Positions 25,326-39,079 of a DNA stretch of 64,000 nt are shown in pieces (position 1 is the stretch's first letter; every line of letters begins with the position of its first letter). A program made the translations under genes and the position numbers. The stretch is taken from contig JASCQW010000001.1 in NCBI GenBank assembly GCA_030264375.1, forward strand, positions 107,131,757 through 107,195,756, read 5' to 3'. The notes beneath the pieces are model-generated. The model saw nothing but the letters and a program-made list of their open reading frames with translations, did not search any database and had not been told where the DNA came from. This DNA is from Carcharhinus longimanus (lineage: Eukaryota).

Positions 25326-26359
25326 TGGGTTTTCATCTGGTCCTGCTGAATTTAATGGCAGGTTAACACCGTTTGTTTCCATTTCTTAGCTGCAATCAGC
25401 CGGGTTGAAGACAATCCAGTAGTAAAGTGGGTAGGCTTTGGTGCCAGGTCACAGCTGGAGGTTGCAAAGGAAGAAGAAAGGAGTCATAAAAGGGGAAGGT
25501 GGTAGAAGATTGGAGGTTTGAGACACATTTGAGGCTGGTGGCAAGGGAAAATCCAGAGGCTGGAGGGAGTTAGGTATGTTATCCTATATGTTAGGTATGT
25601 TATTTCACAACTGTAATTTTGTGTCCAATTGCAAGCCACAAATAAACATACAAAATAATTACCTTCAGCAAATTCAAAATATTAATTATATGTACCTATA
25701 AAATGCTCACGCTTTGCAAACAGACTTAAATTGAAGAACAAGTGTCACTATGACAGAATGTGAGATCTTCCTCCTTCTGCACAATTTCAAACTTTTGTTT
25801 AAAAATGCTTTTCCCTTTACACTCGAGAGTCCTTGAGTTAAACACCACAAGTTAAAACTACATGTGCATCATGCTTGGGAGGCTTGAATCTCAGCACTCC
25901 TNNNNNNNNNNNNNNNNNNNNNNNNNNNCCCCACCTACATTAACAAACACACAAAGCTTCAGGGCAGCAGACAAAAGCTTCTCACAAACGTACACAATGT
26001 GACTGAAACTGCCACCAAACCCACAAACTTACATGGTTAGTAATTCCCAAACAGATTGCGATTAGTTTCCTGGGATATTTTGGAAACACCCAAAAATCTT
26101 ACAGTTCTTTAATTACAAAGGGTTCATCTGCTGGGTTAGCCATATCAAACAACAGGTGGGAATGTTTAACACCTGCTCATAGCCAAAATATACCCTTTAA
26201 TCAAGATGGCAAAATCTTCCACTTTGCATGAAGTTTAAGCACACTGCTGACAAAACTTTCAAGTAAGCAGAAAGACATAGCTTGGTCAGTGATGAGTCCT
26301 ACAAATTTTATGAACAGCATATTTTTGAAAAGACAAGCACCTGACTGCTCACAAGACAT

Positions 26360-27010
26360 GAAAGTGCAAGATGCAATTAAGGTAGTACACTAGGTGGATA
26401 AGGTTGTTAAGAAGGCATATGGAATTTTTTAACTTATTATCCGAGGCATGGAATACAAGAGCAGGAGGATACGTAGGAACAATATATAAAAAAATTAGTT
26501 AGGTCACAGCTTGAGTAATGTGTGAAGTTCTGGTCACCTCATTGCAGAAAGAATGCAATTGCACTAGAGACGGCACAGAGAAGCTTATGAGGATGTTGCC
26601 AGGTCTGGATAATTGCAGCTATGAGCAAAGATTGATAGGCTGGGGTTGTTTGCCTTGGAACCGAGGGGACTGAGGGTAGATTTGACTGAGATATACAAAA
26701 TAGTTAGGGGTCTGGATGCAGTGAAGTTATTTAGCAGACAGCTCAGTGGCTGGGATGCATTGATTTAAAATAATTGTTGGGAGGATCAGAGGGGGATGAG
26801 GAAAAACATCCTCACCCATGAGGGTTGTCTAAAACTCGCTGCCCTCAACTTATTGAAGAGATGTCCAGATACGCACCTGAATTGCCATAACCTGCAGGGC
26901 CATGTACCAAATGCTGGAAAGTGGGATTAGCCAGGGTGCCTCTTTTGTCAGTCGGGGCAGACATAATGGTCCAAATGCTGTCTTACAGTGCCATAAACTT
27001 TCTATGGTTC
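26360..27010 (+). mobile_element. Decayed CR1 LINE 3' end
   Basis: aggtggataaggttgttaagaaggcatatgg…ttctggtcacctcattgcagaaag…ttctatggttc tail. Confidence 0.85.
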
Positions 27011-27352
27011 CAATGTAATGTTATGTTCATATTGTCAAACAATACATGTGCAAAAGCATCCTGATAACCATTGTTAATATTGCTCTGCAATTGATTTAGG
27101 GAGGACTAATCAGAAATTCCAACTTCCTTGAAGTAGATGCACTGATGTGTTGAAAAATTGCCTTTAGTCCAAAGTCCAAGAAATCCACTTCTGTAAACCA
27201 ATTTCCAACATTAACACTGCCAGAGAGAGGGATAGTGCACCTCAAAATTGGCAGGGTCTCGAAATTTCCTTTTAGTACAAAGATGCAGGACAGGAAAACC
27301 TTCTTCATAATATCCCATAAATCAACATGTGCTTTACTCCACTTGTAATTAC

Positions 27353-27454
27353 CTTTTCACAAGTCAATGATGGGCATGTCTGCGTATAACATCTAACATC
27401 ACCATGGTCGCAAATACAACTAGTGCATTCATTCTTCTTCCACTGATCACCATG
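27353..27454 (-). CDS. FRAS1: FRAS1 exon 8 equivalent (VWC4), 102 nt
   Basis: tttcctcag|CAT...AAG|gtaatt; HGDQWKKNECTSCICDHGDVRCYTQTCPSLTCEK. Confidence 0.95.
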
Positions 27455-28142
27455 CTGAGGAAACAAAGAGCAGACACTTTTTAATAAACATCCAAGACCT
27501 AAATTGTACTTTTATGGTGAATAGATATCTGAAATCTGTAAATTTGAGGGCCAATGCCATCAGTGCTGCAATAAGATCACAACGAGGATGTGGCAGAGGG
27601 AAGCAGCAAGCTGGAGGATTGAGGAAAGAAGGGGCAAAGCAGATGAGATAGTGAGCTGGAGAGGCAAATAGCAGGAAAGCAGGGAGTGGTGACTAGCAGG
27701 AGAGCGGGAAGAGGCAAGCTGCGGGAGAGCAGGAAGATGCGAACGGTGGGACAGCAGGAAGATGCAAGCGGCGGGAGAGACGAACGGCCAGAGAGTGGAG
27801 AAAGATGAGTAGCTAGAAAGCCAGGAGAGGTGAGTCAATGAGCTGTTTAATCTAGGGAAGTGGCATGCGAGTAAACAAGTACTTAGTAAGCACTATATAA
27901 ACGCAAATCTTTCTCTCTTTTGCATCTCAACACAAGCAGCCTTTTCAGATGTATCGCACACTTAAACACTGCTGTCAATATAGGCATCTAAAATTCTAAT
28001 CTAAGACCTTTTTAAAGGAAAAGCAGAGCCTCAGAACAGCCTACATCAGTTTTTTGTGTTGTCAGACCTGGAACTTGACTGGCAATTGAAAAATAGGCTT
28101 TAACTAATAAAATCAAAACTTGTAGATTAGCTTCAAGGTTAC

Positions 28143-28226
28143 CTTGTGCTTCTTCCCTGCCAACGCGCAGGATTTTGGCAGACATTCAGGACAGCATTTT
28201 CCAACTTGCATTACAACATCTTCATC
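28143..28226 (-). CDS. FRAS1: FRAS1 exon 7 equivalent, 84 nt
   Basis: aacttcag|GAT...AAG|gtaacc; DEDVVMQVGKCCPECLPKSCALAGKKHK. Confidence 0.94.
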
Positions 28227-28707
28227 CTGAAGTTAACGGGGAGGGAAAGTGATAAATGAGAAGCTTTAGACACTTCATTGCTCAGATTATAATTTATTAA
28301 CATTTAAATTCCAAAAGATAAATATAGGAATTTAGAGACACAATAAGATTTGATTTGGGGTCATAACTGGTTGGTTGGTGAAGGAAGGTTTTGGTTTCAC
28401 CTCCTTCCATTCTGCTGTCACTAATTTCAATCCAAGCTTTGAATTCTTTATCATAGTCCTATTGCCTTGCATTGGGAAACTTCTAAATTACACAGGAGCT
28501 TATTTTAGTACCCACAAATCCTATCTTTGAAGCACGTTCTTCCCTCTGCAGGAATCCTAATGCCTCAGGCCAGAAGTTTCTTGTTCCTGCTATTTTTTTC
28601 CCTGGGATTTGGCAGGAAAAGTGGTGGGAAACAAGAATACATCCCACCTACGGTACAGAGATTTTTTAATTCGTTCCACCCTTCAGAATTATGGCGAAAC
28701 AGGAATT

Positions 28708-29030
28708 ATTTTAATTTGTTCATGGTATGTGAGAGTCACTGGCTGGGCCAGCATTTATTGCCTATCTCTGGGCCTTTAAGAGTCAACCACATTGATGTGG
28801 GCCTGGATTTGTATTGAGGCCAAACAGCGCAAGGGTGGAAGATTCCCTTCCCTAAAGGACATTAGTGGACCAGATGGGTTTTTAATAACAATCAACAAGG
28901 GTTCCATGGTCATCAGTAGCCTTTTTAAAAGCCAGATTTCAATTAAAGTTGAATTTCACCATCTGCTGTGGTGGGATTTGAACCAGGTCTCTAGAGGATT
29001 ACCTTGTGTCTCTGAAATACTTGTCCAAAA
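28708..29030 (-). mobile_element. tRNA-headed SINE sharing its 3' tail with the 9917/16672/29840 LINE family (other copies about 32790-33235 and 38540-38868; head only at 63225-63305)
   Basis: gtcactggctgggccagcatttattgcc tail; cttccctaaaggacattagt body; gggatttgaacc B-box-like head. Confidence 0.75.
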
Positions 29031-29839
29031 CAAGTTTAAACCACATGGTTCTTTTTGCCACCTAGATACTGCTCAGGAGATGCTTTAACATCTGGCATTG
29101 AGACATTTACCCAAGTCAAGTGGATGCCTCATAATATTATCAAATCCTGTTTTTACCAAGAGTAACTATTTATTGAATGGACTGAAACCACGATAAATTT
29201 TAAGATGGCCTAAATAGCAGTTCTTTAAATGGTCGAACATTTACCCTGCAAATTGTAAAGCAGTCAGAAAGGAGGTATGTTGTCTGGAAGTGGACCAAGA
29301 GAACAATCATCTTAAACAAGTGGCAAAGTGTAAAAGGCCAATCCTGAACTACTCAAAGACAACCAAACATAATCCATTTATCCAGATGGGTGCACACTAA
29401 TCAATTAAACTCATCACTTTGGACAATGAACTTCAGCTGAGAAGGTCTCCAACCCAGAGCATTCAGACAACTCACTGTAGTAAACAATTAACACAATAAA
29501 CCTCAAATGAGGGTATCAAGGTCTGGTGTGACCATATTTAATAACTAGTGAGATTGTGAATAGAGGTCATTTGGCAGCAAGCTTTCATCTTAAAAACAAA
29601 AAGAAATTGGATTTCCAGAGCGAGCCCATCTTTTTTCTCTCTCCCAAGCCCTTCTATAAATATAAGCCTTCTTGTACATGACCAGCCAAACATCACAGTC
29701 AACATCCAAATAGCGTGGTCCAAATAGCTGCAGATTTTAAAGAAAAATACAGAGATCATCCGTTAAAACTTTAAGTCACCTCTGCACAGAATCGAGGAAA
29801 AATCACTGAACAAAGTCTGAAACTGTTCTCTATGCACCC

Positions 29840-30665
29840 ATTCCTGACTCTTCAGATGGTGAAGCAGTCCACGTCCAAATACAGCAAGACCTAAACAATA
29901 TGCAGGCTTGGGCTGACAAGTGGCAGGCACATTCACACCACACAAGTGCCAGATAATAGCCATCTCCAGCAAAGGAAAATTTAAACATCTCCCTTTGGCA
30001 TTCAATGGCATTACTTTGCTGAATTCCTTCTATCAACATCCTGGGGGTTTACATTGACCAGAATCTTAACTGGCCAACCACAGAGATACTGTGGCAAGTC
30101 AAAGGCTAGAAATTCTATGAAGGTTAACTCACCTCCTGATTCCTCAAAGCTGTCTACCATCAACAAGTAAAGAGTATAATGGAATACCCTCCATTTGCCT
30201 GGGTGAGTGTATCTCCAACAACACTCAAGAAGATTGACACCATCAAGCAATCCACTTATTTGGCACCCCATCCACAAACATTCACTCTGCACCACTGACA
30301 CACAGTAGCAGCAGCGTGTACCATCTACAAGGCGCATGGCAGTGACTCACCAAGGCACCCTGACACCTTCCAAACTCAAGACTGCTACTATCTAGAAGGA
30401 CAAGGTGACAGATGCATAGGTACACCCACCACCTGGAAATTCCTCTCTAAGCCACACATTATCTTGACCTGGAAATTGCCATCCCTTCATGGTCACTGTC
30501 AAAATCCTGGAATGCCCTCCCTAACAACATGGTAGGTTCACCTACGCCACATGGACTCTAGGAGTTCAAGGAGGCAGTTCAGCATCACCTTCTCAAGGGC
30601 AACTAAAGGTGGGCAATAAATGCTGGCCCAGCCAGCAAAGCCCACTTCCCATAAGTGAACAAAAA
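29840..30665 (+). mobile_element. LINE 3' end (RT C-terminus plus tail), same family as 9917-10920
   Basis: tgaagcagtccacgtccaaatacagcaagacct…ggctgacaagtggca…gggcaataaatgctggcc. Confidence 0.85.
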
Positions 30666-30682
30666 TAAACTACAGGAATCAT

Positions 30683-31230
30683 GGGGGCAATTCTTGCAGT
30701 TAGCTGTGCAGCGGGCGGGAGACTCAAGCGGAGGCTGTTTGGCAGACTGGGTGCCAATAGCCTCTGCGAGTCTCCATACACTGTATTTCCGTTGCTAGCC
30801 TGCCTGTGCAATTGAGGCTGCAAGGGGGTGGGGGACTTCCAGAATGGGGGAAATCAGGACTGCCAGGGGTGGGGTCGAACTGGCTTGGATATGTCCAGGA
30901 GGCCAGCAATTGGACTGTGGAGGAGATCGGAGTATCAATGATACAGGGTCATGGGGCTGGCTGGTAATCAGGTGGCCTGCAAGCGTAACCAGTGCACATG
31001 CGTCAATCTTCACTATGACAGATCAGTGCTCATGCAGTGGCCCCCTCAGCAGTCTCTCCAGTGGGAATAGGCCTGCCCACTAATCTTTCACATGATTCAC
31101 ATTAGTGTACTCTGCAGTGCACACAGTGTAGGAGATGCATTTTGAAAATCCTGCTGAAAAAATCAGCGGGACTTACCCCAATTTTTACACAAATTTGACA
31201 CTTAGAATTTTTTTGGGAGAATCCCACCCC
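30683..31230. mobile_element. GG...CC-ended non-autonomous DNA element
   Basis: Ends gggggcaattct…agaatcccacccc; AT at 30681-30682 and 31231-31232. Confidence 0.75.
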
Positions 31231-33554
31231 ATATATGATTGACTTTCTATTGAACATTCAAACAATTTAACCCAACTGCTCTTCTTGTAAGCTACCTCTG
31301 TCTGTGTGTGTCATGGGTGCATGTTTGAGTTGGAGCATTTTTATTAATTTTTCTTTGCATTAAGGACAATAAGCACTATTTCCTTTTCTTTTAAATCTTA
31401 CAAGAAAATCCGTCTGTGTTTATCTTTTATAGTCACAGGACTTAACAGTTAAACACTCACTAGGCTGACAAGAAAATTCTAATGGAAACACCTGTTGTGG
31501 TCAACCGCAAGGTGGGAAAGATAGCAGCCATTCTACCCCATCTCACCTGGCCGTAACAATATAATATTTATTTTACACAAAGGCAATTTGGCAATTTAAA
31601 TGCCTGCTGGCCTTGACATCTGTTGTGGGCACTCTTACCAGTAACACCTGCTGGAACAGAAGTGAAGTCACAGAAGTTAAATACGAAACTTACATTTTCG
31701 GCCAGGTGCTTCTCTCGGCTGCATAGGAAACGTTTGAGATACTGCTGACCCAGACTCCAGTGTCCTGACCCTACCATTGAAACCTCGCCATATGCTTAAA
31801 CACAATGCCTGTGAGCAGTCTCTGAACTGCCCAAACGTCACAGGGCAGCAGCTATTTTATGCCTGTTCTGGGTGGGCAGCTATCCAGCAAAATGTTAATG
31901 AAGTCTACTTGTTAAAATCAACTGGGTGCCTATGACAACTTCAGATTTGGCATCTTTTTCCTGCTTATCAATCAGGGCTTAAAATCTCTTGGATCTTTTG
32001 CCAATTACAACAGATGATCAGGAGAATCTCTATGGAGGTTTGATCTGTGTCTGTACTTAGCTCCTGCCAAGACCCGAGCTCACCATGTAGTAAATCTTCA
32101 GTTTAAAGTAGTCTCCCACAAGGTCAATATGTGCTAGCACAGTTCAGTTATACGTCCTGAACTCATTTCAATATTGGTTTAAGAACAGACTGAGATGGGA
32201 ATAAATATATCAGAGTTTATTGGGAATGAAAATTTATGACAGGGAAAGATTGCATGATCAACCTATATAGGAAATTCAGACCAAATTCCAAAGTGGTCTC
32301 TCTGTACACAACTAAATTGGAGAGCAGGTCTATCAAACCGACCCTACTAGGCAGATGATGTAAAATTTATAGTGCCACTGGCTTCTCCTAACTTCTTAAC
32401 CACTTGTGAGAGGCCAACAATTATAGGTAATAGTGGCAAGAAAACAAGCCCCTGATAAATTACTCATTGAAACCTCACTCCAATTGAACATAATCACAAA
32501 GGACTTCAAAACAACTGTTTTCAACTGCTGCTGGCAACCTGTAATACCAAGATGCCACCAGAGTGTTGTGTTCAATATTTATTTATCTATAATTGTTATT
32601 TGCATAAGTCACTGTACTGCGTTGTTATTATTTGTTTTATACTTGTTTCACCCTTGAATGCTTGCCACAATATACTTCTCTTGTCCAGTAACACTGGGGC
32701 AACACTGTTTCAGTCGAGCATCTTGGTTCGACTGGATCATATATTTCTTTCCCATATTATTCCCATTTGTGTTGCCTCTTGTTAAAATTTAGTCCTTCCT
32801 TGGAAGACAGCAACACTGGCAAGGTCAAAACTTGTTGATTGTCCCTAATCACGCTCAAGGAGGTGATGCTAAGCTGCCTTCATAAACTGCTGCGGCCATA
32901 TGGTGCAGGTACAGACATAGTGCTTGCAGTTTGGTGCAGCTTGGCTTGGTAGACATTTCAGAGGGCAGTTCAGATTCAAGCACAATCTTGTGGGTCTGGA
33001 GTCACATGTAGGCCAGGCCAGATAATGATGGCAGATTTCCTTCCCTAAAGGACATTAGTGTAGCAGATAGGTTTTTATAACAAGCTGATACTTACATTGC
33101 ATCATTATGGATCTATTCCAGATTTATTAATTTAATTTCAATTCCTCCAGCTGGATTGTAGATATGAACCTACAATCCGTGAGAATTAGTCTGAGCCACT
33201 GAAGGACTAATCCAGTGACACTACCACTATGCCACTCTTTGCTGAGCCTGGAAGAGCACAGTGCCAACCTTTACTGATCCATCAAAATATGTCCTCCAAA
33301 TAGAAAATCTTTAGTCCATTTCTTATTTAGATGTTTGCCTATCTCTATTAAAAGGAATTTAAGTAACACAGTCACAATTATTTCAAAATATTGATTATTG
33401 CATGAAAAATGAGAATATAACTTTGTTTTTTTTAAAAATGAACAAATCCCCAAAGCTAGATTTTCACTTTGTTCTGTAAGAAATGATAGCCCCTGACTTT
33501 AGATAGGAATATATCCCATTTACCTTTTCAGCTGAAATTATGTTCATGTCTGAC

Positions 33555-33656
33555 GGGTCAGGATATTACGGTCCTGCTGAAGTCAACAGCAATTTAAACG
33601 GCTCGGCGCATTTACGGGGCAGGGGGATGCCGTGGTGGGGTTGTAAAATCCTGGGC
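33555..33656. mobile_element. ~100-bp MITE
   Basis: gggtcaggatattac…gtaaaatcctgggc inverted ends. Confidence 0.6.
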
Positions 33657-34254
33657 ATGGTCTTTGGAATTACAGATGAATCACATTGATGATCTCTGTT
33701 TAATTTTGTTATGGTCAGTTTTCAAAATTAGGGGATTAGTTAAGGAGCACTCATGAAACATTTATTAGATTATTATTTATTAAGCAAGAGAGTAATGAGA
33801 ACTTTCCACAAAAATCTACTTTTGGTGAAGTCTCCTTTTGCTTAATAGGAAAGAATGGTTTCTTCCTTCTGCCTCCAATTAAATACCTTTTACTTCTGTT
33901 GCAGAATCATTGTCATAGTTTGAGACAGCAGGGATAACTGAGCTCACACAGCCACAACTAATGGCACTGTGGATCAGACAGGAGATCAATTTCTGTGTCC
34001 TGCAACTGCTCCTCCTTCCTTTACAATTAACACACAAGTAATCTTGGAAAACTTGAAGGGGCTTAAAAGTCAGAGCTCTACAAGTTGAATTACTCAAATG
34101 AAATAGAAATGTCTGTCCTCATTAAGAAGGAATGCGTTTCCAAATGGAATCAAGGCCTTTTTGTAAAATGGTCCAGTGAAGACTAACTAAAAAGGGATCA
34201 ATAATTGAAACATGGTAAATGTACTGTAGATACAGGAAATATTGAAGCACAGAG

Positions 34255-34511
34255 CTTTGGGGCTCTTTTCCCTTGAAAGACGCCGACTGAGGGGGGATCT
34301 AATAGAGGTATATAAGATTATGAAGGGTATAGANNNNNNNNNNNNNNNNNNNNNNNNNNNNNNNNNNNNNNNNNNNNNNNNNNNNNNNNNNNNNNNNNNN
34401 NNNNNNNNNNNNNNNNNNNNNNNNNNNNNNNNNCTGGTGGTGTTGAGATGGCGGCGCGGGCTCGTTGGGCCGAAGGGCCTGTTTCCCGGGCTGATTTTGT
34501 TCTTTGTTTGA
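34255..34511 (+). mobile_element. Young CR1 3' end spanning an N gap
   Basis: LGLFSLERRRLRGDLIEVYKIMKGI; CpG-rich tail nearly identical to 58380-58445. Confidence 0.85.
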
Positions 34512-34769
34512 TGGTATTTTGAAAGGAAAAACCTATTATTTATTTAAGCAGCTTTAATAAAGGTTAGTTTAGTTTGCAGCATTCTTTAATCAATTTTTAA
34601 AGCTCTGTCTACTGACTAAAATAGTTATGTGCAAACAATTGGTATCAATTATATCATACTTATGAACACAGACATTAGGAACAAAAATAGGTCATTAACA
34701 TTACGTTGGGATCTAGGACCTAAACCTAAAACCAGCATTCCCTCCGTTGGCAACATCGAACCACCTAAA

Positions 34770-35485
34770 ACACATCTATGCATCTCAGACCTGGATTTCA
34801 AGCTACCACATGGTGCTAAACCAAAGGTACACACTCTTGATATATTGTTTGACTCTGAACCCAACTTTCTCGTTGGCATTTTTATCAGTCTCAAATGCCA
34901 CTTTCTTTAACCGCCAAAGCATTACCGACCTCTGTCCTTAACTCTCCCTCTGCCATTGAAACCTTAGCCAAGCTTTTATAAACACAAGGCTAGATATCTC
35001 CAGTCATCTTCTTGTGGGCATTTTAACATTCACTCTGTAAAAGTTACAAGTCACACCAAATGCACAAGTTCAGAAATTAAGTTCATTAACCATCACCCTC
35101 ATCCTTGTTGATCTTACCTGGCTCTTTGTGCATCATAGAAGCAAATTCAAGCTCCTGGTTCTCATCTGTAAGTCCTTCCATGGCATTGCTTCTCCCTGTT
35201 TCTAGAATTTCCTCCAATTATGACCCTCCTAGCTGTATGCCCTTGTATGCATAATTGTTCCAACTCCTTACATTCCACTTCTGGTTGTTGTTTCTTGAGC
35301 CACTGGGCTTCATTCCCCTGAACTCCATAGCTCAGCCAAACACCTTGTCACCTCCGTCATGGTCTTTAAAAGCTTCCTAAATGCACCTCTTGTTCTGCTA
35401 TTCAATATCCATTTTTTTACCTACCATCATGGAAAACACTTTTATGATGTGTCTCTCTGCAAGTTAACAGTGCTACACAAGTGTA
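34770..35485 (+). mobile_element. Old L2-type LINE 3' portion
   Basis: ttgtttgactctgaacc…aggctagatatctcca…tacctggctc…aaattcaagctcctggttctcatc resemble L2 RT C-terminal motifs. Confidence 0.55.
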
Positions 35486-36879
35486 ATGTTCAGCTTTCAA
35501 AGATCCTCTGTTAATTTTATCTACATATTAGATATTAAGAACATAGAAAATGGTTTGGAAACATATTTTTGAACTTGTTTTAAACCTAACAAGAGGAAAA
35601 CAAATCAGCAGCTGCATTTTAAAAATCAGATTGAGGATTTCAAGTGAAAATGAATAAGACATTTCTTGCTACAAGTTTCCCAAATTTCATGCCAGGCTAA
35701 TCTTCTTCGATTGCCTATTTGAAATCTGCTAAATGCAATTAAATCTTTCAATGGTCTGTGCCAATTAGAGTCTTTGTAAAGTCATTTTCAGGTACCTCAC
35801 TTACTTCATCTTGTCAATTCCTTGTCCAATAAAAACAAGTAGACACAATACACATTACAATTCAATACAGTGTCTCTCCACTAATTACCTTGCAAGCATC
35901 AATACTCCAGAGATTACAAATTTGCAGAGTTTGTAAGTAATTCAGTGTTGGGTAATTTAAACTGCTAACAGAAGATTCAGAAAAAGATAGGATATAAAGG
36001 AACTTATTCAGAACAATACAGCAATCTTTGACTTCTGCCCAAAATATATGTAAAGTTGCTGAAGGAGACACACGGAGCCAAATTTCGTTGTTCCAAATTT
36101 CCTTGTTCCAAAATGAATGTGGGAATTGGCAAAATTGAGGCTGTGGGACTGTAAATTTGAATTTTCCCCTCAAAAAGAGCCCACACATAGGCAGGAAAAG
36201 ATTCAGATTGTGGCATCCTGCAACATCGGAGTTGTCACTGACATGCCACAAGAAATTTGTATTTAATGACTTAAGAGTATTTTCATCAGGTCAGGCAGGC
36301 TTTGAAAGTCTTTGGGAAACCCATTACACAAGAGAGTTTGGGAACACGCTGAACAGTCACAAATATTTGGCATGCAAGTTTAAAATGATTTGCCAACTTC
36401 AATATCATTATTAGATGCTGTCTTCTATATTAGATGGGTTTTTATTACAGAGATTGATCTTAGAATCCTGTCTTGAAAAAGTAAGGTGACCTTTATCGCA
36501 AACATCATTGCACAAGTGTGAGCTGCAGTAAATAAATTTTCCCATTGGAAACAGTGGTATTGTGTGTTTAAAACTGTATACAACAACGCTTGGAACCCTC
36601 CCAACATGATCTGAGCCGGGGTTTCAATGTCCAGAATGCATTAACGTAGGGTAAAAAAACAACCACCTGCTTCACTCCTTTGATTGACAGGCTACCTCCT
36701 TTGAAATGGGAAAAATGTTCTTTTAGTTTCAAGAGACTGAAGCAACATGAGGCAGAATTAGATTAATGAGGGGTGAGGCTCAGGACATAAGAATCATATG
36801 GAGACTAGGCTGATATCTCAAAAATGCTGACTACTTTTCATTATTTACACAAACATATTAATTACTTAAGTACACTCAC

Positions 36880-37013
36880 CTTCTTACAGCTCACTGGTTG
36901 GCATTCTGCAACGTAGCACTGCACCTCACCATTACTGCAGACACATTTTGAACATTCAGCCGTGTTCCAGTCTTCACCATCCCTGTACATTCTTCCCTCA
37001 AATACACATGACT
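36880..37013 (-). CDS. FRAS1: FRAS1 exon 6 equivalent (VWC3), 134 nt, phase 1-0
   Basis: tgaatag|AG...AAG|gtgagt; (E)SCVFEGRMYRDGEDWNTAECSKCVCSNGEVQCYVAECQPVSCKK. Confidence 0.95.
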
Positions 37014-37139
37014 CTATTCATAAAGACAATCAATACAAACAAATGAGCAACATGAGAAACAATGTGTGAAATTTGCTGTGGCCCTATCATTTTGCCTGCA
37101 CTTGAACACATTTCCATCTGAAAGGTATTAAAACCAGAC

Positions 37140-37555
37140 TTCATTTAAATAACATTTTGTTTGCTTAGGACATCCCAATGGAGCTTCACAGTCAATTAAT
37201 TAAATGGTTACTGGTGTGATGAACATAAATTGTGCAACTAATTTTCACACAGCGAGGTCCCACAAACAACAGATGAGTTGAATGGCCAATTAATTTGTAT
37301 TCCATGATGTTTAGAAATGAATGCCTGCTACGAGAGTTGATGAACCTCTCTGTTCTTTAAATTGTACCATGGAATCTTTTATCTCCATCTAAACAGGTAT
37401 ACAGGGCTTCTTTTTATCATCACATCCAAGAGGCGGTACTTCAAACTATATGGCATTCCCTCAGTGCCAGTGTAGATTCCATGCTTAAATTCTGAGTAAG
37501 CTTTCAATTGGCAACCATCTAACTCTGTGGTAAGAGTGCTATGCAGTAAGACGAG
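37140..37555 (-). mobile_element. DeuSINE-like element in the short intron between exons 5 and 6
   Basis: cacagcgaggtcccacaaacaac is the reverse Deu-domain motif (tgtttgtgggacctcgctgtg). Confidence 0.7.
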
Positions 37556-37816
37556 CTGCCCCTAAAAGCAGACAAAGAAAATATCACAAAGATCTCAAGT
37601 TTTCTATCCTTTTGACAACTTTCGCTGCATAAGCCTTCACATATCATAATACTTCACATTTACACAAGAATCAAGAATGAAATAAAGTGAAACAATGTGA
37701 CAATATGACTCAGACAATGATAGGCCAAATGGCCTACTTCTGTCCTGTAAATTTTCATAGTTTCTATGCGACGGTTAACTGACAACAATCAGAGACACAA
37801 AAACTTGTTGGCTTAC

Positions 37817-37976
37817 CTCCAGTCTTGACACATTTTGGACAGCAGTCTCCATCTGGGGTGTATGTTACTTCCCCTCTCCCACAGGAAATGGGGGGACAAT
37901 ATTTTGAGCCACATTCAACTTTATTGTTGATGCAGGAACACACACCACACTTTGAGGTCGTCCACTCTGTCTCATG
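37817..37976 (-). CDS. FRAS1: FRAS1 exon 5 equivalent (VWC2), 160 nt, phase 0-1
   Basis: tttttggcag|CAT...GGAG|gtaagc; HETEWTTSKCGVCSCINNKVECGSKYCPPISCGRGEVTYTPDGDCCPKCVKTG. Confidence 0.95.
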
Positions 37977-39079
37977 CTGCCAAAAAAAAAGCAGAAATCA
38001 GGAGTCACCATTAAATCTAAATTACAATAAATATCTTCACTGAAAACTTTTATCCTCATTCGGGTTTGGGATTCTCTGGTGCCATTCAAAGCAAATGGAG
38101 TTTTGGCTTTAATGCCAAATTCTCCATTCTCACTTGCAGCAGGATGGCCACGACCAAGTTTAGAAAATCCCACTCCTGGTAGCCATTAATTTGAAACTAC
38201 ACTTGCTGACGTTTGTACATTTAACTTCTGAGTTCCTGTCAACTTTGCGTTATTCTATTACAGTGGAAATCTCAGATATCCATGCTCCAGCAATTGACTG
38301 TTCTATCATCATTTTGACATTTTCATAGATTTTGACATCAAAGTCTTATTTTTTTAATAATTTAAAGTCCAAAACAGTAATTTCCACTCAGTGTTATACA
38401 CATGGCACTAATGCAGCTTTGAAGTGCTTACAATGCTACAATATTATGTTATGAAAATGATTGTAAAAAATACCTGTTTCAAAAATGACAACAAATGAAT
38501 CAAAAAGTAAGTAAGTGGAACACATGTTGCAAATCAGTTTTTTTTCTATTCATTGGTGGAATGTCCACAACACTGGTTGCACCAGCATTTCTTGTCCATT
38601 CCAAATTGCCCTTGAACAGAATGACTTGCTAAACCACTCCAGAGGGCATTTAATGTTGATCTGGAGTCACATGTAGGCCAGAGCAGGTAAGGATGACATA
38701 TTAATGAACCAGATGGATTTTTACGACAGTGGTTTCATTGTCATCATTAAACCTTTAATTCAAATTTCACCATCTGGCATGGGATTTGAACCCAGATCTC
38801 CAGAGCGTTATTGCCCTATGTTTTGGGATTACTAGTCCAGTGATAATACTACTGTTCCACCGCCTCCCCTAACAAATAATTACATGTCAAGGAATTACAA
38901 CATTCTATAATTCCTTATTGGGATTTACATGTTGCAATACACCCATCAGCAACATTCACTTCATTATCTATGTTATCTGTTCTGTTTACCATAATGGTTT
39001 CTGCTTTACTGAGATTGCATGTGTATGTGAGATGGGGCTTCTTTTTATCAAACAAAACAGAAAATGCTGTAAATAATCA

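Noticed and set aside
27585-27845. Purine-rich tract with repeated gcaggaagatgc between exons 7 and 8
   Set aside because: Low-complexity, probably TE-derived; no coding or array structure
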